Shown here one piece after another: positions 11,499 to 21,159 of a stretch of 64,000 nt of DNA (within the stretch, counting starts at the first letter, position 1; the number at the start of each line of letters is the position of its first letter). Under the pieces are notes generated by a model. That model was given only the letters and a program-made list of their open reading frames with translations. It was not told where the DNA came from and did not search any database. The position numbers and the translations under genes are program-made. Source of the DNA: Candidatus Poribacteria bacterium (GTDB taxonomy: Bacteria; Poribacteria; WGA-4E; WGA-3G); the NCBI GenBank assembly GCA_012270795.1, contig JAAXHO010000131.1:14690-78689 (forward strand), given 5' to 3'.

Positions 11499-12170
11499 CT
11501 AACTTGATGCCATAAAATACCATATTGCACCGTCAACAACTCGTTCCGACACCTCTAATTTCGCAGCAACACCTTCTATAAGAAGGATGCACTCGTCTTC
11601 TGAGAATCTTTGGCCTGTGGTTTCATATATGAATTTCATGACATGCACATCAGGTTTTGAGGTATCCGCACCGAAAAGCATTCGCAGCCACTGAAAAGTT
11701 GCGATCCCAACACCTTTGGTATTCAGCACCTCGGAACCGGCAGGTTCTGCTGTAATCGCCCATTGCTTCAGCGTTTTTTCTTCAGGGACTGTAGGTGATG
11801 CTTCAATAAGACCGCAAAAATATGTCACAAGACCATCAATAGCACCTGCCTTTCCTTGATTTCTCAAGTTCACTTCTTTTGTAAGAAACTCAAGGGATGT
11901 TGTGTAAGATGCCATCAAATCTGCTAATTGCCTAACAGACTTTACATCTGGACGGTTTCTCCTAAAATCTACCAGTCGCGGATATACTTGGGTCTTATAT
12001 CTGAGTGCCTGTGATATAACACTATTAATTACCTTAACCGCAGGCGGGTGATATCTATCGCTATAATCGCCATCGTATAGATCCGGTGATAAGTCTTTCA
12101 GCCTTGATGCTACAGCATCTATATACTTTTTATTTATCATAAAATCTTTTCCTTGTTGCGAATTTGCCAC
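11499..12170 (-). CDS. Helix-hairpin-helix (HhH-GPD-like) DNA-binding/glycosylase-like protein
   Basis: KGVGIATFQWLRMLFG.DTSKPDVHV and C-terminal DGAIW. The start may be ATG 12140. Confidence 0.65.
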   Translation of the reverse strand: MANSQQGKDFMINKKYIDAVASRLKDLSPDLYDGDYSDRYHPPAVKVINSVISQALRYKTQVYPRLVDFRRNRPDVKSVRQLADLMASYTTSLEFLTKEVNLRNQGKAGAIDGLVTYFCGLIEASPTVPEEKTLKQWAITAEPAGSEVLNTKGVGIATFQWLRMLFGADTSKPDVHVMKFIYETTGQRFSEDECILLIEGVAAKLEVSERVVDGAIWYFMASS

Positions 12171-12277
12171 CTACTTATAGTTATATCTCCCAAAACTCAG
12201 CTAACGCTTTCCTTCTTTAACGACTTGTGCCAGTTAACATCTTGTTTGGCAAATTTTCACATATATTTGCATTAATC

Positions 12278-12359
12278 CTATACACATATCGTCCCTACGG
12301 GACTGAAGAGGTGTGTGCTACGTTTTTCTATAAACATATCGTCCCTACGGGACTGAAGA
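12278..12359. repeat. Tandem pair of 32-bp REP-like units with GTCCCTACGGGAC hairpin
   Basis: CTATA(C/A)ACATATCGTCCCTACGGGACTGAAGA at 12278 and 12328 (period 50). Confidence 0.85.
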
Positions 12360-12568
12360 ACTTATAAATATATGATAATAATTTTCACAACATCTTCTTT
12401 TGTGAAATAAAGTTCTATAGATAGTTATTTAGCACAACTCGTTTCTTTAGTAGTTGCTTAAGGCAGTGGCAGCACTTTGTGTTTCAGCCGTAAAATTTTC
12501 AGACTTTTGTTTTTTGTAAAATTGAATTTTGATGTAGTATAAACCCTCTAATTGCTACTTTGGCTAAA

Positions 12569-12706
12569 CTAACAGAGATTTTTTTCTCTTTTGGCAAGAC
12601 TTCTTATATCTGTGTTAAGTTCTGGAGTATAGACATCTATAAATCTGACCGTTCTATTTTCAGTCTTAAAAATATCTCCATCAATAACCGCTGTGAAAGA
12701 TTCCAT
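12569..12706 (-). pseudogene. Truncated thermonuclease (SNase-like) fragment
   Basis: Manual translation MESFTAVIDGDIFKTENRTVRFIDVYTPELNTDIRSLAKREKNLC* resembles the SNase 'VIDGDT....VRL.G.DTPE' N-terminus. It stops after 45 aa. Confidence 0.5.
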
Positions 12707-12894
12707 ATATGTAACCCATTCCTAAATTTCCTTTATTTTAGTACGTTTCTCAAGGAAATTGAGATTTTGAGAAATATCAGTTTTATGAAAATTTAGGCAA
12801 AACGGTTGACGCGCTTTCGTAATGATATATTGCTTGCCCGTTCCCCGTAGGCGCGACCTTTATATCGCGCCAAGTCCAACACCAAAAATGGTTT

Positions 12895-13200
12895 TTACGC
12901 ATCCGAATCGTCATCAGCGGCTGCCGTTTTTCCGGCAAGAATAGATTCAACATCGGAATGTGGGCGTGGGATGACATGCACGGAAACCAGTTCACCGACA
13001 GTTTTTGCGGCTTCTGCCCCAGCGTCTGTAGCAGCTTGTACTGCACCAACATCACCGCGTACCATGACGGTTACGAAACCACCGCCGACCTGTTCTTTTC
13101 CGATTAATTTGACGTTGGCGGCTTTGACCATCGTATCGGCAGCTTCGACTGCCCCGACCAATCCGCGTGTTTCAACCATTCCTAAAGCTTCATTGCTCAT
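12895..13200 (-). CDS. eutM: Bacterial microcompartment hexameric shell protein (BMC-H, EutM/PduA-like)
   Basis: [26 protein letters not shown]...GDVGAVQAA...HVIPRPH, with an acidic C-terminal tail. Confidence 0.95.
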   Translation of the reverse strand: MSNEALGMVETRGLVGAVEAADTMVKAANVKLIGKEQVGGGFVTVMVRGDVGAVQAATDAGAEAAKTVGELVSVHVIPRPHSDVESILAGKTAAADDDSDA

Positions 13201-13362
13201 ACTTTTTGCTCCTTATGTGTCTAATAGAATAGAATGCAAGGCACTGCATAATATATTTCAGATGCAGTCCTTATGTTTGATAAATGTGTCCTTTTAAATG
13301 ATACTATAAAAGTGTTTTTTCTGCAAATCAAATTTTGCATTGGGGGGTAAAGTTTTTGCTGT

Positions 13363-13508
13363 TGTCTGAACCAGGATTTTCAGGATTTATAGATTTCCAA
13401 GATGACCTCATCAAGGATTTTTGATACACTTTGATGTTAACTTTGGGAATAAAACCTGTTGAGGAAAATCCTGAAAATCTATAAATCCTGAAAATCCTGG
13501 TTCAGACA
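13363..13508. mobile_element. MITE-like element, TGTCTGAACCAGGATTT family
   Basis: Terminal IR as at 6502. Preceded by a GGGGGTAAAGTTTTT outer-end remnant. Confidence 0.85.
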
Positions 13509-13621
13509 ACAGAGGACGTAACAACCCAGGATAGGTCTATTGTCTATTGCTTCAAATTGGCAATTAAGGATAAAATTAGGATTACCCAATTAATAAATTA
13601 ATCTTCATAAGGGATTAATGA

Positions 13622-14821
13622 TTAGATTGTACCAATATCAAGTCCACGTTCTTCTAATGTTCGTCGTCTACGGGGTAGGTCGCCGAATAGGGGACGGAAA
13701 TAACCAGCTCCTTCAGCCGACAGATGGTAGTTGTCTTCATCATAAAATCGTGGGTCAAGACTGCGGCGAATTACGTGCCCGGTTTCATCGCGTTTTAATA
13801 CCTGTTCTAAAGGCAACATAATAGGTTCGATGCCAACGTCTGTGCGTGTGATAGTTGCAACACCGTTTACCATGCCATCTGCAAGTGATCGTACAGCAAG
13901 GGACCCTGCCTTGATTGCGTTGTCTCTATCCAACGGTGTTGGACTTCCGCATCTCTGCATATAACCCAATATCAACGCCCGGAATGCGGAATTGGGTATA
14001 TCCGTTAGTCGTTTTTTCATGGCTTCTACGATGATTTCTGAACACCCGCCAGGTTTGGTATGTCCAAATGCGTCAAGTTCTGCTTGGGATGTGATCATCA
14101 GTTCCCCTGCATCATTTCTAATTCCTTCGGAGACAACGACAATGACATTTCCTTGTTGCGTATGTTTTTCCCAGATTGCTTCTGCCAATCTATCCGGTTG
14201 GTATGGCACTTCTGGTACGACGATGAGGTCTGCTAGCCCGTATGCAGCAGATAGCGTTAGCCAGCCAGCATCTCTACCCATAGCTTCTACGACAATGACT
14301 CGGTCGTGTGAGTAGGTGGTTGTACGTAAATCTCTGACAGCATTGATGACACGACTTGCAGCGGATGGAAAACCGGGACAGAAGTAGTTCACCATCTTGG
14401 AATAATCTACGGAATCCCCTTCAGGTGGGTTCATACCGACATCGTTATCAATTGTCTTTGTGACGAAAACTGTTGTAAATTGCTCCGATAGTGCGGTGCC
14501 CACTGTTAGCGTATCATCTCCTCCGATTGGAATAAGTCCGCTAATGTTTAACTTCTTCAGATTGTCAATTGCTTCATCTAACTTCCCCATTGCGATAAGG
14601 TTAGTGCGTGAACTTTTTAGTATCGTACCCCCATGATTTTCGTCAATCAGATCGGGTGTAAGTGTGAAATAGCGTCCGCCTTTTAACACACCTCTCCATC
14701 CTTCCATAAATCCGATGAGTTCAAACCCGAGTTCTTCGGCTTTCAACGCAATCCCTTTGAGGGTAGCATTAAGCGCGCTTGTATCGCCACCCCCTGTTAA
14801 AACTCCTATCTTTTTTCGCAT
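13622..14821 (-). CDS. pfkA: 6-phosphofructokinase, probably pyrophosphate-dependent
   Basis: LTGGGD, GGTILKSSR, IGGDDTL, KTIDND, VEAMGRDAGW, VSEG and LGYMQR. Confidence 0.88.
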   Translation of the reverse strand: MRKKIGVLTGGGDTSALNATLKGIALKAEELGFELIGFMEGWRGVLKGGRYFTLTPDLIDENHGGTILKSSRTNLIAMGKLDEAIDNLKKLNISGLIPIGGDDTLTVGTALSEQFTTVFVTKTIDNDVGMNPPEGDSVDYSKMVNYFCPGFPSAASRVINAVRDLRTTTYSHDRVIVVEAMGRDAGWLTLSAAYGLADLIVVPEVPYQPDRLAEAIWEKHTQQGNVIVVVSEGIRNDAGELMITSQAELDAFGHTKPGGCSEIIVEAMKKRLTDIPNSAFRALILGYMQRCGSPTPLDRDNAIKAGSLAVRSLADGMVNGVATITRTDVGIEPIMLPLEQVLKRDETGHVIRRSLDPRFYDEDNYHLSAEGAGYFRPLFGDLPRRRRTLEERGLDIGTI

Positions 14822-14886
14822 ATTTTTCTCCTAACTCCCCAATCAGAAGATTGAGATTACTATAAAATGATTCCATAATTAATATA

Positions 14887-15077
14887 ATACCATTTCTAAT
14901 TGATAATGTCTCATTACCTGTAGAGATATGGTAGGAGCGACCTCCCGGTCGCGACCCGGGGAATGCCAAAAGGCATTCATACCGTTGATTTGGAGGTCGC
15001 TCCTACCGAAAAGAGTCACCCCAACCAGCAATAACAGTGGAATTCCTTAATGAGACAATATTTATTAGAATTGGTAT
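14887..15077. mobile_element. ATACCA(A/T)TTC-ended MITE carrying a GTAGGAGCGACC REP doublet
   Basis: Ends ATACCATTTCTAA / TTAGAATTGGTAT. Related copies at 23883-24050 and 41869-42025. Confidence 0.8.
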
Positions 15078-15078
15078 A

Positions 15079-15195
15079 ATACCATTTTTATTAAATTTTC
15101 TCTCATTATCGGCTGTTAGAAATGAAACGGAGAACGGAAACCCAAACTGGCAGTTTATGCCGCAAAAGAGAGACATTATCAATTAGAAATGGTAT
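15079..15195. mobile_element. ATACCA-ended MITE carrying the CAAACTGGCAGTTTATGC motif
   Basis: Same terminal IR class as the adjacent element but different interior. The right half recurs at 1670-1723 and inverted at about 22418-22472. Confidence 0.7.
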
Positions 15196-15203
15196 AGTTA
15201 CTA

Positions 15204-15300
15204 TGGCGTATCTCATAAATGCAATTTGTCCGAGTTCACCGAATCGCGTGTGCGGTAAATCGGGGTTAGAAACCCCTCCTACGATTTATGAGATAGGCTG
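15204..15300. mobile_element. CTCATAAAT-ended MITE with GGGGTTAGAAACCCC hairpin
   Basis: IR TATCTCATAAAT / ATTTATGAGATA. Close copy at 61054-61151. Confidence 0.8.
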
Positions 15301-15362
15301 TACATTGTCGTTCAAACTCACGAACGGTAAGATCCCTTTGTCGTTCTGTTTCCAGATTGATT

Positions 15363-16922
15363 CTATTTCTTTACTTCAACAACGACTGGTTTATCCAAAG
15401 CGAGTGCTTTTTCAAGCGTCGGTCTAAAGTCTTGTAAATTTTCAACATGCAATCCAACTGCTCCAAACGATTCTGCGAATTTCACGAAATCCGGGTTTAC
15501 CAATTCTACGCCTATACGTTTGCCGAATCGTCTTAATTGTCCTCTTTCAATTGAGGTGTATTGATTATCGTTCATAACAAGTGTCACAACAGGTAGGTTA
15601 TACATCACTGCTGTAGCGAGGTCAGGACTTGTCATCAGGAATCCACCATCCCCACATAAAGCAACAACTTTTCGGTTGGGGAAAGCAACTTGTGCGCCGA
15701 TTGCAGCTGTCAAGCCAATTCCCATTGCGACTGATATTCCTGAAAAGATATAACTACCTGATGCGTATGTAGGAAAATGTGACAACGCACCATAACCAGT
15801 GATGTTGACATCAACAGATAGTATTGCATCACGTGGCATTACATCACGCATCTCCTTGAGCAAACGTGGGGGTTCAATTGATGTAAATTGATTATGAAGG
15901 CGTTTCAATTCCTCACCCCAGCCACATGTGAGTTTCTCAGCACTGAGTGCTGCATTTAACTGCTGAAGCACCAATTTTGGATTCGCACCGATACCTACAG
16001 TTGCAGGATATTCCTTATGAATTTCACTTACATCCGCTTCAATATGTATGAGTGGCTGTGGTATTTTCAGTGCCCAATTCCCCGTATCACGATAAGTGAA
16101 GCGGGTGCCAATAGCAATTAGTAGGTCAGATGCTTTAAGTGCTGTTTGTGCAACACCATCACGGAATAGTCCAATAGAGAAAGGGTTATCTTCAGGTACA
16201 GTCCCTTTTCCCATACCTGTTATAGCAATAGGTGCATTAAGTAACCGTGCAAATTCCAGTATTTCTTTAATAGCACGATTATGATTGATACCGCTGCCTG
16301 ATACAATTAGAGGACGTTCTGATTTCTTGATTAACTGAACCGCAGCGTCAATATCTTTCTGACTCGCCATCGTCTGAACACCATTGTTACGCTGTGGTAT
16401 AGGTAAATCAGTTTCTGCTTGTAATGCGTCCGTAGCAAGTTCAATTAAAACAGGCCCTGGACGCTCTGATCGTAATGCGTTGAAGGCTCTATTTACTGCT
16501 CCTGGTATCTGATCAACTCGGTGTACTTTTTCAATATGTTTTGTGAACGGAGCAAAGGCGGCTTTTTGGTCTAACCCGTGGAAACTCTTTCTTGGATCTT
16601 TCTGTGCTAAGTATGATGGGTTTTGCCCCGTAATTAACAGAACAGGTGAACATGCTGTAAATGCCTCACATATCCCAATAGAAGCGTTATTTGAACCGGG
16701 ACCTGGGACTGTCATGCAGACACCGACATCCCCTGTGGCACGAGCATACCCATCTGCCATAAACGCTGCGCCACCTTCATGTCGCGTCACATAGTGTTGA
16801 ATGCTGTCTTGATTGTTATATAACGCTTCATAAACGGTATCAAGATGGTTCCCCGGTAAACCGAAAATCGCCTTAACACCTTGTGTTTTCAGACATTCAA
16901 CAAAAAGTGTTCCACCTGTCAT
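15363..16922 (-). CDS. Thiamine pyrophosphate-dependent enzyme (acetolactate synthase-like family)
   Basis: FGLPG, RHEGGAAFMADGYAR, PGPG, GDGGF..N TPP motif and NPDFVKFAESFG. Confidence 0.9.
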   Translation of the reverse strand: MTGGTLFVECLKTQGVKAIFGLPGNHLDTVYEALYNNQDSIQHYVTRHEGGAAFMADGYARATGDVGVCMTVPGPGSNNASIGICEAFTACSPVLLITGQNPSYLAQKDPRKSFHGLDQKAAFAPFTKHIEKVHRVDQIPGAVNRAFNALRSERPGPVLIELATDALQAETDLPIPQRNNGVQTMASQKDIDAAVQLIKKSERPLIVSGSGINHNRAIKEILEFARLLNAPIAITGMGKGTVPEDNPFSIGLFRDGVAQTALKASDLLIAIGTRFTYRDTGNWALKIPQPLIHIEADVSEIHKEYPATVGIGANPKLVLQQLNAALSAEKLTCGWGEELKRLHNQFTSIEPPRLLKEMRDVMPRDAILSVDVNITGYGALSHFPTYASGSYIFSGISVAMGIGLTAAIGAQVAFPNRKVVALCGDGGFLMTSPDLATAVMYNLPVVTLVMNDNQYTSIERGQLRRFGKRIGVELVNPDFVKFAESFGAVGLHVENLQDFRPTLEKALALDKPVVVEVKK

Positions 16923-17039
16923 CTTTTTTCCTTTCTATGACTTTGGGTATAGACATTGGAGCATGTTTTCATCTTTAGCTACAAGGGATGCACAAACTGG
17001 CAGTTTATGCTACAATAAACATTGGAGCATGTTTCATCT

Positions 17040-18938
17040 TTAATCTTCTTCTAACTTCTCTGCCATATCGTAGTCGTCTTTTGCTTCTTTTTCTAATCCG
17101 AGTGCTTCTTTTGCTTTCGCGCGGTCTCGGTAGGATAGAACATGCTTAGGGTCTAACCGAATGGCTTCACTGAAATCTTCAATTGCTCCGTCATAATCTT
17201 TTAGGGCGGCTTTTACAGCACCCCGGGTATGGTAATAAGCATAAACTATGTAAGAATACTTACCTAAACGGATAGCTTCTTCGCTATCAACCAAAGCCTC
17301 TTGAAAAAACTTGAGTGCCTTAGTATCCCTCTCTTGCTCAACTTCAAAGTTGCCAAGGTTGTATCTTACCCACCCTCGTTCATTATATGGTGATGCGTTT
17401 CTTGGGTTCTGTCGGATAGAATTCGTATAATCAATTAAGGCTACATTAAAAAGTTTTTTTGCCTCCGCATTATCACCTTGAACGACTTTAGATTCACCGA
17501 GAAGATAGTGTACTTTACCTCTACAACTCAGTGTACTATATGATTTTGGGTTGAGATGAATAGCTTTTTTGATGTCGTCAAGGGCTTTGTTATAGAATTC
17601 TTCGGCAGTTCGATAATCTTCCTCTTCAACTTTTGATTTACCATAAGCTATGTATGCAGTTGCCCGACCAACGAATCCCATTTCTGAATTTGGTTTCAAT
17701 CTCAACGTCTTTTCAGTATCAGCTATTGCTCCTTGAAAGTCTTTCAGTTCATTCTTGATGTAACTTCGCAACACGTATCCTTCAGCGAATTCTGGGTTAT
17801 GTGTAATAACTTTGTTGATGTCTTCATAGGCTCCATCATGATCCCCCAAAGCACTTTTCGTAGCTGAGCACATCAGATATAGACGGAAAGCATCGGTGGA
17901 ATCCGGGCGTTTTTCAAGGACTATATTTGCATCGTTTAACGCTTCTTGATATTTGTTTAAGGATACCTTGGCAAATGCACGGTTACTGTATGCGATAATT
18001 ATATCGGGGTTAATTTCTATTGCGGTATCACAATCCTTTTCAGCTTGTTCATAGTTTTTTAGTGAAATGTTTGCGGTAGCACGGTTGCAATAGGCGAAAG
18101 CTGAATCAGGACTGAGTTCTATTGCTACATCATAGTCAGTGATCGCTTCCTTATATTTTCGTAAACTACTCTTTACCATACCTCGATTGAGATATGCCTC
18201 AGCTAAATCAGGATTGGATTTTATTGCTTTAGTATATGCAGAGATTGCCCCTTTTGGGTTTCCCTTATTACGTTTCATGTTTCCTTCTGAATACAGAAAA
18301 TATGCGTTCACTCTCGGTCGTTTTAACCATTCAGATAATGGTTCAACTGGTGCGTTAATTTGGTTTTCTGTTTTTTGCATGAGTTCTTTGATAGTGTTAG
18401 CCGTTATGGCGTTAGCGAATTCGAAATCAACACTCTTTTCAACATAACTGACCTGATTCAATATAGCAATGATTTTCCCTTTGGCGTTTAAAACGGGTGC
18501 TCCACTATAACCCCTTTTAGCATTAACCAGCTGTACACGAAGACTATTGTTGCTATTTCTAAAACCGTGTATAGTTCCACTTACCTTGCCCTCTTTTCCT
18601 TCCGGGTATCCTATAGCGGTTATCGTATCGCCGATTTTCACGTTATCGCTATCCTCAAAAGGGTATGGTGTACACTGTTCTAATGTCTGAAGCACAACAA
18701 GATCGTTTATATCATCAAACGTATAGACACCTTCAATTGTGTAAACCTTGCCTGTGTTCATATTTTTTATTTTGACTGTTGTAGTTCCAGCAAGAACATG
18801 TATATTGGTAACGATTTTGTTTTCTTCTATAAAGAACCCTATGCCGTAGGCACCGATATTCATATCCGTATATTTCATATCAAAAAGAACGGTAGCACCT
18901 GGATTCTCATTGAAATTATGTAGTGTCTGTTTTTTCAT
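17040..18938 (-). CDS. Trypsin-like serine protease with C-terminal TPR array
   Basis: TNIHV (His), DLVVL (Asp) and GYSGAPV (Ser), followed by many TPRs (AY.NRG...A..DY..AI.L.P). Likely start ATG 18938; the ORF track extends to 18995. Confidence 0.88.
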   Translation of the reverse strand: MKKQTLHNFNENPGATVLFDMKYTDMNIGAYGIGFFIEENKIVTNIHVLAGTTTVKIKNMNTGKVYTIEGVYTFDDINDLVVLQTLEQCTPYPFEDSDNVKIGDTITAIGYPEGKEGKVSGTIHGFRNSNNSLRVQLVNAKRGYSGAPVLNAKGKIIAILNQVSYVEKSVDFEFANAITANTIKELMQKTENQINAPVEPLSEWLKRPRVNAYFLYSEGNMKRNKGNPKGAISAYTKAIKSNPDLAEAYLNRGMVKSSLRKYKEAITDYDVAIELSPDSAFAYCNRATANISLKNYEQAEKDCDTAIEINPDIIIAYSNRAFAKVSLNKYQEALNDANIVLEKRPDSTDAFRLYLMCSATKSALGDHDGAYEDINKVITHNPEFAEGYVLRSYIKNELKDFQGAIADTEKTLRLKPNSEMGFVGRATAYIAYGKSKVEEEDYRTAEEFYNKALDDIKKAIHLNPKSYSTLSCRGKVHYLLGESKVVQGDNAEAKKLFNVALIDYTNSIRQNPRNASPYNERGWVRYNLGNFEVEQERDTKALKFFQEALVDSEEAIRLGKYSYIVYAYYHTRGAVKAALKDYDGAIEDFSEAIRLDPKHVLSYRDRAKAKEALGLEKEAKDDYDMAEKLEED

Positions 18939-19541
18939 TAATACTGTCCAGTTGTTAGTAATGTTTGTGATTCCTTGCCCTTTAAGATAACCCAAATTTC
19001 AGATTGTGTCAAGTATTATTATTGTCTCAACCAGAGGCATTCAATAGTCGGGTTTTGCGGATTTGGGGGGCTGAATCGCGGAATTCGCCGAAAACACAGA
19101 AGACGCGGAAAAGACCGCTACCCATGATTTTTTTTCTAAAAATAAACATTATCCTAATCAAGACGGGTTATCGTAGGTATCTTCTCCGCGTCTTCCGTGT
19201 CATCCGCGATCCCCCCACACCCCGCCCTCCGCGATTCTGTACCCAAATCCGCGCTATCAGCCGATAGCCGACTGCTGAAACCTATTAGATATATATTGGA
19301 AATCCCAATAAACAGACACCCAAAAAACTACAAAATACATAATAAATCACTTATAATATATATAAATAATAAGCACACAACAAAAACGTTATGCAAAGCC
19401 AAAAGCCAACACAAAAAACACAAACAAAAAACCGCACCAAAATCCGACAAAAATTTTACCAAAAAAACACTACAAAAACTCCCATGAAGCTTTATGAAAA
19501 CTGGACGCATAACGAATTAACAAAACCGTACCAAAAACCGA

Positions 19542-19569
19542 AAAAACCGTACCATATGGTACGGTTTTT
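19542..19569. promoter_or_regulatory. Perfect 28-bp palindrome, candidate operator
   Basis: AAAAACCGTACCATATGGTACGGTTTTT, with an extra half-site AAAACCGTACCA at 19522-19533. Confidence 0.5.
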
Positions 19570-19920
19570 AAAGTAGAAAATTCTTATGAAATCTAAAAAA
19601 ATACACAAAGAATTTGCAGTTATTCCTCACACAAAAAGAAGTAAAACATAAAGCAACGAAACCAAAAAAACAGACATACCAAAATGCTCAGAAAAAATTA
19701 ATGTTTTTGAAAAAAAATCCCTTTCAGCCATTACTACGACTAGATTGAAAGCCAATTTCCAAAACATACCACTGTATGTTATTTCATACCACGTGGTATG
19801 TTTTGGAGAATCTGAGCTAACGAAAATTGCATGCAAAATGATATTTACACTACGCAAAAAAAGCAAAAAAATTTTATATTGAACAAGAACTTACACATCC
19901 TAAGCTAGGGTGTGTAAAGT

Positions 19921-20238
19921 CTAGGGTGTGTAAAGTTTTTGGCATGTGTCTGAACCAGGATTTACAGATTTTCAGGATTAGAGTCTGATGCTGTTGAGTT
20001 CTATTTCAAATAGAGACTGCTTTGGCTGTATACAAAAGACGTTTCGCCTAAGTGTGGAACTTGATGATCAAACACCAATCCCGGGGAATGCCAAAAGGCA
20101 TTCATACCCGGGGAATGCTATATAGCATTCATACCGTTGATTTCTTGATTTGAAAATCTGTAAATCCTGTAAATCCTGGTTCAGACAAGTGAAAACAACT
20201 TTACTCCCAATTCATGCCAAAAACTTTACACACCCTAG
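19921..20238. mobile_element. Nested MITE: CTAGGGTGTGTAAAGTTTTTGGCATG shell around a TGTCTGAACC element (19947-20187)
   Basis: 26-bp perfect outer IR (19921-19946 / 20213-20238). The left end is tandemly duplicated (16 bp at 19905). Confidence 0.85.
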
Positions 20239-20244
20239 AAAAAC

Positions 20245-20273
20245 TTGATATTTTCACTAAAAGCAGTTAAAAT
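20245..20273 (+). promoter_or_regulatory. Putative sigma70 promoter for the sigma-factor gene
   Basis: TTGATA-N17-TAAAAT. Confidence 0.5.
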
Positions 20274-20405
20274 GCTAAAAAATAGCTAAACTTTTTCTTG
20301 TGAAATGGATATATATAATATAGCAGGTGATCACCATGTTATTTATAGTTGGGAACGACTTCAAATTTCTCGTTATTAACCTTTTAATTTAAAAGGAGTC
20401 AGCCG

Positions 20406-21050
20406 ATGACAGATAAACGAGGTCCACGTCATTCGGGAAAATGTCCGTTCTATATTGTTCAGGGCGATCCGATCTCAGCGGAGAAGTCAATATCTCGATG
20501 TGTCAATTGTGCTACAGAATATAACAAGCGATTGCAAACTCTGAAGCAAGACTTTCGTCAAATTGCGTTGTTAACGATTCTGAAAGAGACACCGAAGTAT
20601 GACCTGGATCATCCAAGTGGTGCCAGTTACATAACGTTCATTAAGAAACAGGTGTGTGTACAACTCTGGCGGGTACGGGAGAAAGAACTAAAATATCTTC
20701 CATTTCAAGAGCATGAACAACCCGCGGAAGTTGTTGAGGATTGTCCGAAAAATCCGTTGATTGCGGGTTTGATTGCTGAAGCATGCACGCATGAATCAGT
20801 GGAAGATGAAGTGAGTCGGAAACTTGAAGTGGAACGTTTCTGTGAACATTTACCGAATATTTTAGCGAAACTGACTGAAAAAGAACGCAGTGTTCTTGAA
20901 TTGAAGTTCTTCCAAGAACAGAGTGGCGTTGAGATAGCGAAGACACTCGGTATTTCTAATGGGCGGGTGAGCCAAATCCTGAAATCCACTTTGGCGAAGA
21001 TGGAAAAGGCATACCGTCTTGCATTAGAGACAAGTTTCAACAACCACTAA
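20406..21050 (+). CDS. Sigma-70 family RNA polymerase sigma factor (regions 2 and 4)
   Basis: AAGGAG RBS. Region 2-like QDFRQIA...YD...GASYITF and region 4 LTEKERSVLELKFFQEQSGVEIAKTLGISNGRVSQI. Confidence 0.85.
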   Translation: MTDKRGPRHSGKCPFYIVQGDPISAEKSISRCVNCATEYNKRLQTLKQDFRQIALLTILKETPKYDLDHPSGASYITFIKKQVCVQLWRVREKELKYLPFQEHEQPAEVVEDCPKNPLIAGLIAEACTHESVEDEVSRKLEVERFCEHLPNILAKLTEKERSVLELKFFQEQSGVEIAKTLGISNGRVSQILKSTLAKMEKAYRLALETSFNNH

Positions 21051-21159
21051 TACTTGAACAAAATAGTTGAAAAACACGAGAAATTTGCTACAAAAGAAAC
21101 AACAAAAAACGTTCATTTTGCCATTCTTGGCAACAACCTATATTCACAAGGAGTTTATC

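Noticed and set aside
11400-11501. Amber read-through of the HhH stop into the in-frame downstream peptide
   Set aside because: Many other genes here end normally at TAG. An antitoxin remnant explains the open frame more simply.
12278-12359. Possible mini CRISPR array
   Set aside because: Only two units with an 18-bp gap and no cas genes. The hairpin is REP-like.
19197-19866. Lys/Thr-rich ORFs in the A-rich gap
   Set aside because: These are low-complexity translations of A-tract DNA with no coding signals.
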